The notes: generated from the sequence alone by a model not told the origin. Shown: positions 25,273 to 38,149, numbered from the whole stretch's first letter. The stretch: DNA of 63,349 nucleotides, filler included, from Octopus bimaculoides (GCF_001194135.2; 5 parts of 5 records of this genome joined end to end with filler, not necessarily neighbours in it); one strand, 5' to 3'. Program-made: numbers and translations.

Positions 25273-25699
25273 GTAATCAGTGACTTCTTCAGAATATTTC
25301 TATTTCACTGTTTTATATTTTGTTTTTATTCAGTTTTTATAATACACACACATGCACGCATGCACACTTTCATTTATTTCTTCCCGTGAAGGTTGGTTGC
25401 ACAGAACCTTTAAGACTCTACATGCTTCTAAGATAATATGTAATTGTGCACTATTATGTGTATATATTATTAGTGGAAATCTCGATATTTTGTGAAACTT
25501 GTTTCAAGTTTTTATGTAGTGTTTATTGTATGTGATTGTATTTCCATATACTTTACATTGAATTTTTCTAGTTTCTGTAAAATATCTGAAACTGATTGGT
25601 GATTTAATTTTGTGACTTAAGAAAATAGTATATGTATATATGTTTTAGAACAGAAATGTGTTTATTCAGTTAGGACTCAAAGGTAGATGACAGTTCTTT

Positions 25700-27535
25700 T
25701 GTAAGTGCTTCAATCCAACATGTGGAGCTGACCATGTGAGAAATATGAATTTCTCAGTTCAACACCATGAGAATTATTGATGGTCATGGAAAAAAATAGC
25801 TTTGCTGCCAACTGAAGGTGTTTGAATTGAAATAACATATCTGATGAAATGAGGGGAATGTATGGAATGAAAGCATCTTCCGTGACACAAACTCTTAAAT
25901 GCAACTCTAATGTTGCTAGAAAGCTGAAATTTTACTCTTCTCCAAACACAGGATGCTTGGAGTCCCACTCTCAACCTAACAGCAAGTGTACCATTTGGGT
26001 TAGCTTTCAGAATTTTGCCTGAAATCACCCAACAACAAAAGTGTGACTCCACCCATAATGCTATTATTTGTGTAAAATTGTGGCATCATCTCATCCTTTC
26101 ACCTTGGCTTACTGACAGTAGAGCAATATCTCTATGGTTGCTACACTTTATTTTGACTCTATTTCCTTTATAGAGAAGAAGGATAATTGCATCCTTCCAA
26201 GTCTCTGGGAACAATGCCATAAACTTGTGAAGATTTTATGTGATACAACTGCTACCAAAGTACAAGACTTCAGTGACAATTCTGTCTGTACCAGGTGCTT
26301 TACTATGCTTCAACTTACTTATTGCTATTACTACCTCATCTATTAAGAGTGCAGAGTCCAAGTTAGCTGACAACAAGTCTTTGTTGAACAGTGTCAATTA
26401 CTGCTTCATCTACATCTGACTCTTAGTTTAGAAGTTCAGAAAAATGTTCATTTTGGTGACCTATGCTTTCTGTTGATTTAATAAGTAGGGTAGAGCCCTC
26501 CTTGGAAAGCAAAGGAGTTGATGCAGAACTCTTAGGCCCATAAACATGCTTCGTAAAATGGTGACAGCTTGAATATCATGAGCAAGACCTTCCTAACATC
26601 CTGAGAGATTGCTGCGGTAGGGATTTTGTACTTTTGTAATGGGTAAGTGTTAGATTCTGTTGCACAACTGATAACCTTCTGTGCAGTTATACACCATGAG
26701 CATTACACTTTGCAGTTAGGAGTTTCGGAAACTCAGCATCATTTTCATCAAACCAATCTCTATAACTGGCTGTAACATATCCCAGTATTTCATTGAAAAA
26801 CTTGGTCTCAAAATTCCTCTCAAGCTGTAATATTTTCAATATTGGATTAATGACTCCGAAGCTTGCTGAAGAATCCAATCTGGCTCTCTTTTCTCTTTCC
26901 CTCCAATTACCATTTGGGACTTTGTTCGCACTAAGCAGTAGTCTATCCAACAATTTGATTCATGAAAGACTTTGACATTACAGATATCATAGATATCATG
27001 TTTGTGAATAATAACATTACCCAGAAAGTACCAAACCTTAGACCTTGGGTGCATCCATTTTGTTGTGTGATGATCTTTGTGCATAAAGTGAGTGCAATGT
27101 AAAGATCATATTCATCACAAAGCTTTAGGAGCACAAGATCATTGCTGTTCATCTTCCCTACACAGAAACGCCAAAGAGAGTTTCATGTTTACCAATCCAT
27201 TCCAATCTTAGCATTAAAATCCTCCAGCAGAATGATTTTGCCTGACTTGGGGATTTTCCTGAGTACAGCTCTCAGCTGGGCATTCAGAGTAGTTTTATCT
27301 TCATCAAGACTGGTCAGAGTAGGGACATAAGCATTTACTAAAGTAGCAAATTGCCTATCTCTCAAGTGCAGACACTGAGCCATTAAATGATCATTTATAA
27401 GATTGAAAACTTCAACTTCTTGAGGATTTTAGATTGAACTGCAAAACCAATACCAGCCTCTCTGCACTCCTCCCTTGATTTCCTTTTCCAGGAAAAGGTG
27501 TAACCGCCTCCAACTTCCTCAAGCTAACCATCACC
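25700..27535 (-). mobile_element. Old RTE (BovB-like) LINE, endonuclease to RT, internally deleted
   Basis: LEEVGGGYTF, ATLVNAYVPTL, KIILLEDFNAKIG, WMHPRSKVWY, RDWFDENDAE in ordered broken frames. Confidence 0.85.
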
Positions 27536-27539
27536 TTCA

Positions 27540-27850
27540 AAGCAAGTCTCTGAAAGAGCAGCTATTTCTATGTTATATCAATTCAGTTCTCAAGCAACTC
27601 CACCAAGGTTTATATTGGAGCTACTGTAAATTTTAAACAAAGATATGCAGCACATACACTACTTTAGGAAAAAAACCTACCACATGATATAACTTGGTCC
27701 ATCATTGACTCTGGTCTTCCATACCAGGGCCAAAATACTTTTGGTTATGTTTGAAGGAATCTATACATATATTGTCCATTAACTCTACACAACTGTTAAA
27801 TAAGCATCATGAGGCGTTCTCCCATTGTGTTCACAAATTCTTTAAAACTT
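27540..27850 (+). mobile_element. Penelope-like GIY-YIG endonuclease remnant
   Basis: SNSTKVYIGATVNFKQRYAAHT, DITWSIID, LLNKHHE..HC.HK. Confidence 0.7.
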
Positions 27851-29569
27851 TCAAATTTTTTCACAAATTGAGATGCAGTAGGATAACTACCCCTATATAG
27901 CCACCTACCAATTTATTTTCTCTGATGTGTACTTCAGATATAGCATGGCTCACTTAATTAATTGGTTTATTAACCTATCATCATATTTGTTTATTCTACT
28001 TTATTTTATTTATTCATATATTTTTTCATAGATTCTTTCTCCACCCTTCATTAATTTGTACTTTTACACCTCACCTGGCTTATAGCTTGTGTAATATCTA
28101 CTCAATTGTAGCACAATTATTAAATAACTAACTTCAAGCATTTCCTGGTTTATAATTTACTTAACACCTATTATAATGAAACACTACTTAAACTAAATTT
28201 ATATACTTGCCTTACTAAATTTCTTTACTCAACATTTTTATTTATTTTATCGTTTATTATAGTATTTATTATTATTACTTTATTCATTTCATCTTTATGT
28301 TATAATTCACTCAACTCTAACTTGATGAAAAGTTAAACTTACACTTTCAGTAATAATAATATCACTGACTTCTACAACTATTGCCTCTATAACCAGTTGA
28401 AGTTTAACTCTTCCCCCACTGCCTTCCATATCAAATTCATTGTACTGATGGACTATAGTTTTTAAAATCCATTTATCTTATTTTAGCTTATGTACTACAC
28501 TCTAACATTATCCCTTCACCCCCACCCCTCAGGTCATCCAATAAACCTAGCCTACAGGTGTGCCAACTATACACTTTGGTTCTTGAATTGCATCTGGCCT
28601 TCATCACTCTTTATCAATGGAGTTGCCTGCTTACTTTTACCTTTGTTTTATGACTCTGTGTGTGTGTTTGTGTTGAGGGATGACAACATTAAGCAGTGAT
28701 ATGTATAAATACAAACTTGTTGCCAGTTCAAATATGCTTGAGGCATATTGCTTGTTCCTCGTCTCCCAAACAATATTCTCATTCTTTCTTTTTTCCTATA
28801 CTGGATCCCTCCCACCTGCCCCAGAAGTTTCTCACAGGCCAATCAAACAAGCTTGTATAATAGTAGTTTCTCTAATCTGTATAGTTTCCATTTTTGTTTC
28901 CAAAGTTATAGAGAATGATATAATGCACTTACTAAATTATTATGAGTATGCAAAACAACAAGAATCAAAACAATGATGTGTGCATTCATTCTTAACATGT
29001 TCTGGCAGACTGGGATATGAATATGCTTTTCTCTGTATGATTCTATCTTTGGAGAACAGCTTCTCCCTTTAGACACTGCGTTAACATTGCACACACATTT
29101 CAGTGATGATATTGTTGACTCTGAGGTATATGTGTTTCAGTATGATATAATGCATTAATTTCCATTGATCTATTGGCAACTCACTTTAGAAAGGGAGCTG
29201 AAATACCTCACCATGTTCGCAAATATGACTGGTAAATCAAGCAAATTCTGTACATTCCAGACATAAGAAACCAAACCCAATGCAAATCATCCCACCTTTC
29301 AGAACTTTTGTCCTACATAGGATAGCTGCAAAAAAACTAGCAGGCTGAAGTCTGCTAATTCCTTTTCTTGAAACAGCAACATAACAACTCTAAAACTAAC
29401 AATGATGACAGTATTAACAGAGCCACTCTAACTATAGAAGATAGTCAGGACAACAAAAATAATTACAACAAAAGCAGCAACAACTCCAAAAGTAACAACA
29501 TAGATGACAACAGAACTACCACCAACAACAATAACTATAGAGAAACAAGTCTGGAGTTCAGCAGAATAT

Positions 29570-31000
29570 AGCTGTGTCTCAGAGGCAGGACGAGCTCATT
29601 AATCTTGGTAGCTCATTAATCACCCTAGAGCTAGTATTGCGAACAAAGTATTCTTGTGACTGAGGGTTATTGGGCTGGTGTCCAGTGGGTTAGTCAAACC
29701 ATTTGGTTCTTTAGGAATGGTTCTTTAGCTTTAGTTGGTGACTTTCCTAGTGGTGGTGTACACAATAAATGTGCTGGTAGTTGTATAACTTCATAAACAC
29801 AAATCTCATGAAAATGAGATATGGGTTCAAATTTCCATGGGAGTAAAACTCTTAATGGGTAACCAGGGGTGAAGCTGTTGGGTAGGTGTGGTAGGAGTGG
29901 GGATATTAACAGCTCAGGGTACAGATGTCTACAGGTCCTCACCATGCGACTGTATCACAAAATAAACTTGGTCCTCACCATGCGATTGTATTGCAAAATA
30001 AACTACAGGTTTATAACTGCAGGAAAATAATACCACACAGTGAAACCAGAGGAAGAAAGAAATGGAGCAAGGAAGATAACAAATTTGCAATCAAGTGTCA
30101 TATTCTTGCAAAAAACAGAGGAGCATGTGGTGAATAGTGCTTCAGCACTGGAAAAGGTTTAGAATGTTTGAAATTAATATGAATAATTTGATGGGATAAA
30201 TAAGAAAAATTAGACATAGTAGTTGGTTCACCAAAGTTGAATTAGAGGTCCTGGAAGTTCAAGTACAAAGTATGAATGTTGATATGGGGAACAGAATACA
30301 CAATGAAAATGTATCAATTGAGGAAAATTTTGCCCATCAAGTTGATAATTCAGAAAATGATGAACCATTAAATGTGGAAGGAGTGGAAAATAAAATGATG
30401 ATGTGGACATTGAAAAGTTGAATGAAAATGAGGAAGAAACAATACTGATTATCAAAAGATTGAAAGATCTGTTTCTTGATCTTGGATTCAATATGATCCT
30501 GTTGAATCTTCAGAATATAGAAAGAAGTCAACAAAAGTAAGCCATGAAGTATAAAAAAAACTAATAGTATCACTGACTTGAGAAAGTTAATTCGTTGCTG
30601 CAGGTTTTCTGACAGCGAGAATGAATCCCCTTGGAATATTCCTTTTCTTATATTGACCACACCATATTGAAAGGTTTTCTTAAAGACTATCCAAGCCATG
30701 CATAAATTTCTTAGATGTCTTTTGCAATCATTTGGTCCCACATTTGTGGGTACTGAAATGTTTGAGAATGTTTGGAATAGCAGATTGTGTTAGTAAAGTA
30801 ATGGAGTCTTGCATGCCATTGTGAGTGACAAATTTGTATGCAGAAAATAAGCTCCTAGGTGTGGTCAGTATAAGAAAAGGAATATTCCAAGGAGATTCAT
30901 TCTCGCCATTGCTCTTTGAGATTGCCATGGTTCCATTATTAATGATCTTTTGAAAACTCTCAGAAGCCAATGCAAAAGTTTGCCATTAAATTTGGTTCAA
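29570..31000 (+). mobile_element. R4/Dong-like non-LTR retrotransposon, heavily deleted, with an internal inversion
   Basis: RKKWSKEDNK N-terminal motif; VPHLWVLKCLRMFGIAD...SIRKGIFQGDSFSPLLF RT segment; LCMAWIVFKK present on the opposite strand. Confidence 0.8.
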
Positions 31001-31329
31001 GAAAGAGGGCAAGTAGTGCAGCAAGAATGAGCATTGAAAATGACAGAAACATGACCAAGTCACAACAACTGATTCAACAAAACTTGTACTGTTGTGTGGG
31101 AGTGTTGTTGCCTACCCCCACAGGTGGCCCATGCAAGGTTCCATAGCAATCCTAGCCATTTGCAAATATAAATGTTACGTTTCTGATCAATTACTATAAC
31201 CTGTGTCAGTACAACTTCATCCAATATCAATGGCCTCTACAAAGCAAATTGCAAACACCTGGTAGCAATATTTTATCATTGAGAGGTCATCCTCAGCTAA
31301 TTTCACTAAAGTAGCATGAAAATCAAAGA

Positions 31330-31793
31330 AGCTTGTACTTAAACAAAATATGCTTAGCTTCATGAGTACTAGTGGCTATTAATTCTGTTCTTTTGTTCAA
31401 GCCATTACTACTTTGAAACAAAGTTCTTATTTCCTGTTCAAACAAAGATCACACTGTATTTTTTATTGTTCTGGTAGGCCTGTGCATTACTTACTTAATC
31501 TAAGTAATTTTGAATTAATGAGAATTGGCCTTACATACGAAATGCATTTCAACACAGCCATGGCGCATCTTTTATCTGGACTGATAAATGAATACTTATA
31601 GATTTTTGAGTGTCAATTCAGTTATCCCAATATATACTTTTGGTTCTTCTCTATTGTTTGTTTCTGCTTTAAGACTATATACTATCAATTTTGCCAGCAA
31701 GCAATCACCATCTAGTGGACAATTCTCATGAATACTGCTGTTGGTCAGATGCTTGTCTGTTTCATTCTCTCTCTTACTTATATGCATGCGCAT
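31330..31793 (-). mobile_element. Penelope-like GIY-YIG endonuclease remnant
   Basis: NCPLDGDCLLAKLIVY...PKVYIGITELTLK, then KCDLCLN, LNKRTELIA...H. Confidence 0.85.
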
Positions 31794-31805
31794 GTACAGA
31801 GATAG

Positions 31806-31854
<49 letters not shown>

Positions 31855-31857
<3 letters not shown>

Positions 31858-32469
31858 ATGAGTACACTGGAAATAGACTCTCTTGAATGCCTGGATGGTA
31901 CACTTGGAGTAGTTGACGGCTTTTAGAGGTAGTTTCTCTTAAAGTGGTGTAATCAAAGTAAGAACAGATTGGAGAAAGTTCAAGGAGCTACTACTGCTGT
32001 TGGCAACAAAGGTTGTTTCCCTCAGAATGAAGAGTGGATTGTGTGATTCTTATGTTAAAACTGCAATGCTGCATGACAGTAAGACATGAGGTTTAACTTG
32101 AGAAGACAGGAAATAAATGAAGTGAACATGTTCTGTTGAATGTATAATGTAAATGTACATGAATGACTAAGTGCAAATGTGAAAAACTGGGTATAAAAGG
32201 ATCCAGATGTATTGTACAAGAAAGAAAACTGTGCTGGTATGGATGTGTGATATGTATGGGTGAAGACAGCTGTGTAAAGGAATGCTAATCACTAATTATG
32301 GATGGCGCTTGTGGAAGAAAGAAATCCAGGAAGACGTTGGATGAACTGCTAAAAGCTGATCTCAAGACCTTGAGTTACACTGAAGAGCTGATAAAGGACT
32401 GGGATGACTTGTAATCTCCAGTTCTCGAGAAAACCTTCTACCTCAGTGAAACTGAGTTTTGGAGTTTTG

Positions 32470-32500
<31 letters not shown>

Positions 32501-33446
32501 ACACATATTCACAACTGGGTCTTGACCCAATTTCCTTCCTCCTCAAGACACCCTCACCATCCATCATCTCTGTCTGACTGCAACTCTTCCTTGGTACCAC
32601 TTATTTTTCTTACTGCCTGGGACCCTTTCGCTTATTATCCATCCATCATTTATTAATACTGTTCTTTCCATCCACACTTTATGTTGATTGTCCTCTCCTC
32701 CTACCAAATTAACTCTCTTACATCACGCATCTCACTCCTCATGCATTTCATCTACCTCATTCTCCACTCCTATCTCCTCCAACCTACCCAACCACCCATC
32801 ATCTCTCTCTTGTCCTTTTCTTTGTCTACTGTATCCTCATTAATATCCTGACATTCTGCCCTGCTTTCTTCTGCACTCTCTTACTTCCCATAACTCATGC
32901 ATCATTAGTCATCTGTATCCCCTTATCCATCCTGAACCCTATCCATCCTGTACAGTTGTCACCTACTTCCCATACACTCTTGCAACCTCCACCTGCCCAC
33001 ATACCTGGTTCCTCTGTCTCAATTCATTTTTACTTACCTGGTACTTTGAGGGTCCACCCAGCCACTTCATCACCACTATTTTATTTCTTTCCAGCTCTAC
33101 CTGATCACTCCCACCTTCTCTTCTAAAATATGAGTAGTCATATTACTCATCTACAGCAAGAAACCCGGTCTGCTCTGGCCCCTTCTCTCATATTTTAATC
33201 CCTCATCTCCAAGCATGAAGCCATCACACCCTTAGAAACTGCATGGAGACTTCAGTAGTGCTGGTGGCATGAAAAAAAGCACCCAGTACATGCTGTAAAG
33301 TGGTTAACATTTGAAAGGAAATTCAGCTGTAGAAACCAGACCAATGCAGACACCAGAGCACAATGTAGTCCTTGAATTCATAGGATATGATTGAACTGTC
33401 TAACCCATACCAATATGGAACATGGACACTTAAATGATGATGATAT
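31855..33446 (+). mobile_element. Old RTE LINE 3' end with long pyrimidine-rich 3' UTR and (GAT)n tail
   Basis: Diverged relative of the 14150-17102 family (RTDWRKFKELLLLL, LCWYGCV, GACGR); tail at 33250-33446 matches the shared RTE tail. Confidence 0.7.
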
Positions 33447-33477
33447 ATACAAATGAGAGAGAGAGAGAGAGAGATTA

Positions 33478-34592
33478 TGAGGACTGGCTGAAAAGTTCAA
33501 AGGCTGACCAAGATACTCACTTACATGGTGTGTGACCAAATGAGGTTTATTTTCAACACAGTCCCCCTTGCAGTCCACACATTTCTTCCGTCAGTGTTGC
33601 AGTGCTTAGATCCTATTGGTGAAGAAGCTTTCATCCTGTTGCTCAAAAAACATCACAGTGATGATGATGCCATATCTGCATCAACTGCAGATATGATGTC
33701 ATCATCACTGTGATACTGCTTCCCAGTTATGGGTTTTTTCATGTTGGGGATGGAGCCAAATCAGGAGAATAGAGAGAATGATCAATCAGTTTAAAGACAC
33801 AGTCACACACATGACCATTGAAAGCATCAGTTTTCCTGGGCATTTGGTCTTGATACCCTTTCCTAACTGCCTCAGCAAGTTGACATAGTACTCTCCAGTG
33901 ATGGTGGATGGTGTGACTCTTTTGAAGATAGTCAATCAACACAATGTCTTTTGCATCCCAAAAAACTGAGGCCATCGTCTTCCCTGCAGATGAAATGACC
34001 TTGGCTTCTTTAGGAAATGTTCAAAGAAATCAGCTGGATCTACCTGAAACAATGTCAGATTTTCCTGTGATGTGATCAGCCTGGTATACTTTTGATCAGG
34101 TGTCTGAAAATGTGGCAGCCACCAAGCAGAAACATTCATCATGTCAAGTTCATTATGCAGAATATTCTCAACGCTCTCACGGGATATATTAAAAGCATTG
34201 GCTGTTTGAGTAATAGTCAATTGCCTGCTGTCCATCATGATGTGGTTGAACACAGTCGATGTTTTCCTTGGTAATGACAGTTACAGGATGTCTTGATCTT
34301 GGGTCATCTTCAAGACTATCCCTTCCACTCCTAAATTCAGCTGCCCACTTTTGCACTGTTGATAAAGCTGGAGTGTCATCCTCTAATGTAGCAAGCATGT
34401 CAGCATGAATGTTGTCGGGAGCTAAACCCTTTTTTGCAGGCACTTCATAACAAAACAATGCCAAATTGTGTCTACTACTAGTTACTTTTGAAGTCTTCTT
34501 TGAACAGTGAGATGTCAGTTTACCTGGAAAGATTTCACAGGACTAGCAGCACTCCTTCATAGTTAGCCTATGAAATGTTCAGCCCACCCTCA
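33478..34592 (-). mobile_element. Mariner transposon (Himar/irritans-like), both TIRs and TA duplication, defective
   Basis: TA|tgaggactggctgaaaagttcaaaggctgac ... gttagcctatgaaatgttcagcccaccctca|TA; SLEDDPRS, MASVFWDAKDIVLIDYL, YSPDLAPS; deletion across the first catalytic D region. Confidence 0.92.
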
Positions 34593-34968
34593 TAGAGAAA
34601 GACTAGAGGAGAAAAGAAAACAGAGTTTGCTGTGACAGACAGACATTTCTGAACCTAAAATTAGCCCTCCTACTTTACTACTCTTTTACAATTTTTAGTC
34701 TGTCTACTTCTTTCTTCACTTATCTTGGAATTTTTTTTTATGTATTATTCTGGATTGTATCTGTATCTCCCTGCACAATCTAATAAAGATTTGTTGAAAA
34801 ATGGTATTGTTTCAAGCCAACAAACACCAACACTGATATATATGTATGTGTGTAAATATAGTTAGAATGTTGTTCTCATATTTCATTTATATTTATCTTT
34901 TTTGTTTTGTATTTTATTTTTTGCATTTTTAAAATTTCATTTCTTTCTTACTTTCCATGTTGAAATAG

Positions 34969-35035
34969 GGTATTTATTGCTTTGGTTTATGAAGCAGATT
35001 TGCGTGGCCTAGTGGTTCAAGGAGGTGGTGCTAAG
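34969..35035 (+). CDS. unc-45: UNC-45 exon G (67 nt, 2-0): VFIALVYEADLRGLVVQGGGAK
   Basis: aaatag| acceptor after a 9696-nt intron; RVFxAL...RGxVVQxGGxK motif; aag|gtgagg donor. Confidence 0.96.
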
Positions 35036-35193
35036 GTGAGGTAAATGTTTCACTCTAGATTGGAAAATTTTAAGTTTATCCTTAAAAGATTATATTTTCG
35101 GTTTTTTTTTAAAAATGAAATGTCCTAAATATTTATTTTTTGAATATTTGAATCTTTCTTTTAACTCTTTGGTATGAACATTTTATTTTGCAG

Positions 35194-35307
35194 GCTTTGA
35201 TATCTTTGTTCTTGGACAACACAGAAGCTGGTAAAGAATGTGCAGCTCATAGCCTTGCTAAAATTGGTGTAACTATGGATCCTAATATTGCATTTCCTGG
35301 ACAGAGA
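35194..35307 (+). CDS. unc-45: UNC-45 exon H (114 nt, 0-0): ALISLFLDNTEAGKECAAHSLAKIGVTMDPNIAFPGQR
   Basis: ttttgcag| acceptor; AAxALAKI...P.IAFPG(Q/E)R UCS motif; aga|gtgggt donor. Confidence 0.97.
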
Positions 35308-35498
35308 GTGGGTGTTGCTTTTCCTTCCATTTTATTTTGTATAGGTTTAAAAGAAAAATGATTGCATTTGTACCATATTCTATTAGATCAAATGATTAAT
35401 TCTCTTTGAAATTAATATTCTTGGATTTCTTGAAGTGTCTTTTATAACTTCTTTTGTTTAGTCCCAGGTCAAACGTGTGCAAAGATGTTTCTGCTACA

Positions 35499-36107
35499 AT
35501 CATCATCATCATCATCATCGTTTAACGTCCGCTTTCCATGCTAGCATGGGTTGGACGATTTGATTGAGGACTGTGGTGAAACCAGATGGCAACACCAGGC
35601 TCCAATCTGATTTGGCAGAATTTCTACAGTTGGATGCCCTTCCTAACACCAATCACTCAGAGAATGTAGTGGGTGCTTTTACGTGTCACCCGCACGAAGG
35701 CCAGTCAGGCAGTACTGGCAACGGCCACGCTCAAAATGGTGTATTTTATGTGCCACCCGCACAAGAGCCAGTCCAGGGGCACTGGCAACGATTTCGTTTG
35801 AAAATCCTTACACATGTCACGGGCACAAGTGCCAGTAAGGCAACGCTGGGCACAGGTGCTATCCCGATTTCGCTTTCGCTTGCCCCAATAAGTCTTCGCA
35901 AGCTGAGTTTCTTGTGCAATGAAGGAGACGACGTTGGCACGGGTGCCAGTCGTCGAATTTAGTTCGATTTCACTTGCCTCAACAAGTCTTCGCAAGCGGA
36001 GTTTAGTGTCCAATGTAGGAATGGTACGCATAAGTGGGCTGGCTACACCCCTGGCAGAGGCCTTGGATTTAGGTCTCACTTGGCTTGCCGGGTCTTCTCA
36101 CGCACAG
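35499..36107 (-). mobile_element. RTE LINE 3' end (ORF end plus tail) running into a gap
   Basis: Reverse complement about 90% identical by eye to 24216-24419; includes ORF terminus gagaagacccggcaagccaagtgagacc as at ~16475. Confidence 0.93.
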
Positions 36108-37044
36108 NNNNNNNNNNNNNNNNNNNNNNNNNNNNNNNNNNNNNNNNNNNNTTAATTAATTAANNNNNNNNNNNNNNNNNNNNNNNNNNNNNNNNNNNNN
36201 NNNNNNNTATATATATACATGTGCGCGCAGTAAAACACACGCACAGAGAAACAAACAGGTATTTTAATTATGTGTCATCTCACTGTATGCACGTACTAAT
36301 ATATATGGATGTATAAATATATTTCACACATTCGCGCATATACACAGAAACGCGCCCAAGTATACAGGCATACATAGATACATAGATACATACATACATA
36401 CATACATGCTATATGGTCGCGCGTGCGTATATATATATATATGTATATATATCTTTTACATTGTTCCGTGGTTGGAAACAAAAGGCTGTCTTTACTTGTG
36501 TGTCTGAGCTATTGTATTGTTCCGTATGAAAGTTGCATGCGAAGCTCATTGAGAACAGTTAGTGCCAAATGAAATCTATATCAACGTTCCCTCCACGAAA
36601 GAAGAGGAATGATCACTAAGTAGAAACTGTGAGTCTAGATGTTTTTTTTTCTGTTGTGTATACATGCATGTGTGTGACAAATAATTAATTTCATGGCAGT
36701 GTGAATCGGATGTTATTGAAACGTTTGTTCTTAGCAAGTTTATTTATTCCGGCTGGCATAATGTTGACTTCCTTGTTGTTTTCGATGATTCAATTGTGTA
36801 GGTTCTCAGTATTTAATTTAGATCTTATTCGAAAAATATTTCATGCTGTTTACTGCCTTCATAATGCTTTCAGATAATTACTATAGATAAATGTCATAAG
36901 CTAATATATCAGGCTAATAATATTTTATGCACGTTTAATAAACTGGTTCATCGGTTCGAATTTTGCAGGCTCTTTGCGTTTTTAACTTTTTTCTTCTTTT
37001 TTTTTTTTTTTATCGTGTCAATTTCAGAGACTAATAGTATTGGA

Positions 37045-37630
37045 TTGGGAGACACGCTAGAGTGTCAGAAAAAAATTGTTAACGTTATTCATTCCGACTC
37101 TTTTCGTTTTCAGTTCAAATCCCGTCAAGTCCAACCTTGCTTTTTGTTCTTTCAAAGTCGATAACATAAAGCACCAGTTAATTACTGAACTTGTCTCTGT
37201 CGACTAAACCGCTTCATTAGCACGCCGGGCAAGATGCTTAGCGGCATTTCGTCAGTTTCAACATTCTGAGTTCAAATTCCGCCGAGTCTGACTTTGCCTT
37301 TCATCCTTTCAGGGTCGATAAAGTAAGTACCAGTTGAATACTCGAGTCGATTTAATCGATTTGACCCCTCCCCCAAAACTGCTGGCCTTCTGTCAAAATT
37401 TGAAACAGATATTAGAAACCACTATCTAAAAGTAGGGTGAATTGATAGAACCGTTTGAACATCAGAATCTATTCCGAGTTTTTACGAGCTGAGTTCAAAT
37501 TTCACTGAGAGTAAACCTGGCTTTTTATCCTTTCAGTGACAATAAAATACAGTACCAGTGATATTCTGAGATTGGTGAGTATCGACCAAACTCTCTTTTC
37601 AGAATCGCTCTCCTTGTGGCTAAAATAAAA
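37045..37630 (+). mobile_element. Three tandem SINE family A copies (~37045-37205, 37210-37408, 37432-37630)
   Basis: Repeated gagttcaaat...tttcatcctttc...gataaa...gtaccag blocks. Confidence 0.8.
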
Positions 37631-37929
37631 GCAATTATTCATTCAAATACTGTACAAGCAACTTTGCCAGTTATCTTCCGATGAACTGAATGACCTGTCA
37701 AGAACAGGGTTGGATACAGTCAACTAACAGTTTCCCTCAAATCGTTTGATCTTGTATCTAAATTAGAAACAATTAATTTTATTCTTTTATTTATACGATT
37801 TTGTTTATATTAGAATAAACATGATCCCAGGGTCACTGTATTCGATGGTAAAACTTCTGTTTCAACACGTAATTTCTAGATGTCGAATTATCAACGCTCA
37901 AAAGTTAACTCACTACAGAGTATATATTT

Positions 37930-38132
37930 GTAGGCAAATAGTTAGCTTGTGCAGTTCCAGGGAGGGGATAAGTCGATTACACTCCAGGGCTCAACTGAGA
38001 TTTATTTTATCGACCCCGAAAGGATAGCAGGCAAGTCGACTTCGGCGGAATTTGAACTCAGAACGTAAAGACAGACGAAATTCCGTTAAGCAATTGTCCC
38101 CGCGTGCTAACGATTCCGCCAGCTCACCACCT
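37930..38132 (-). mobile_element. SINE family A copy, inverted
   Basis: tttatcgaccccgaaagg...cggcggaatttgaactcagaacgtaaagac...gctaacgattccgccagctcacc. Confidence 0.9.
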
Positions 38133-38149
38133 CGAATGTATCTATATAT

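Noticed and set aside
29368-29571. N/S/D-rich 67-aa ORF
   Set aside because: Degenerate (AAC)n low-complexity tract
36515-36630. Exon-like block ending in gtgagt as the next unc-45 exon
   Set aside because: Stops in all + frames and no EVVRPL/LQNFE motif; could only be non-coding
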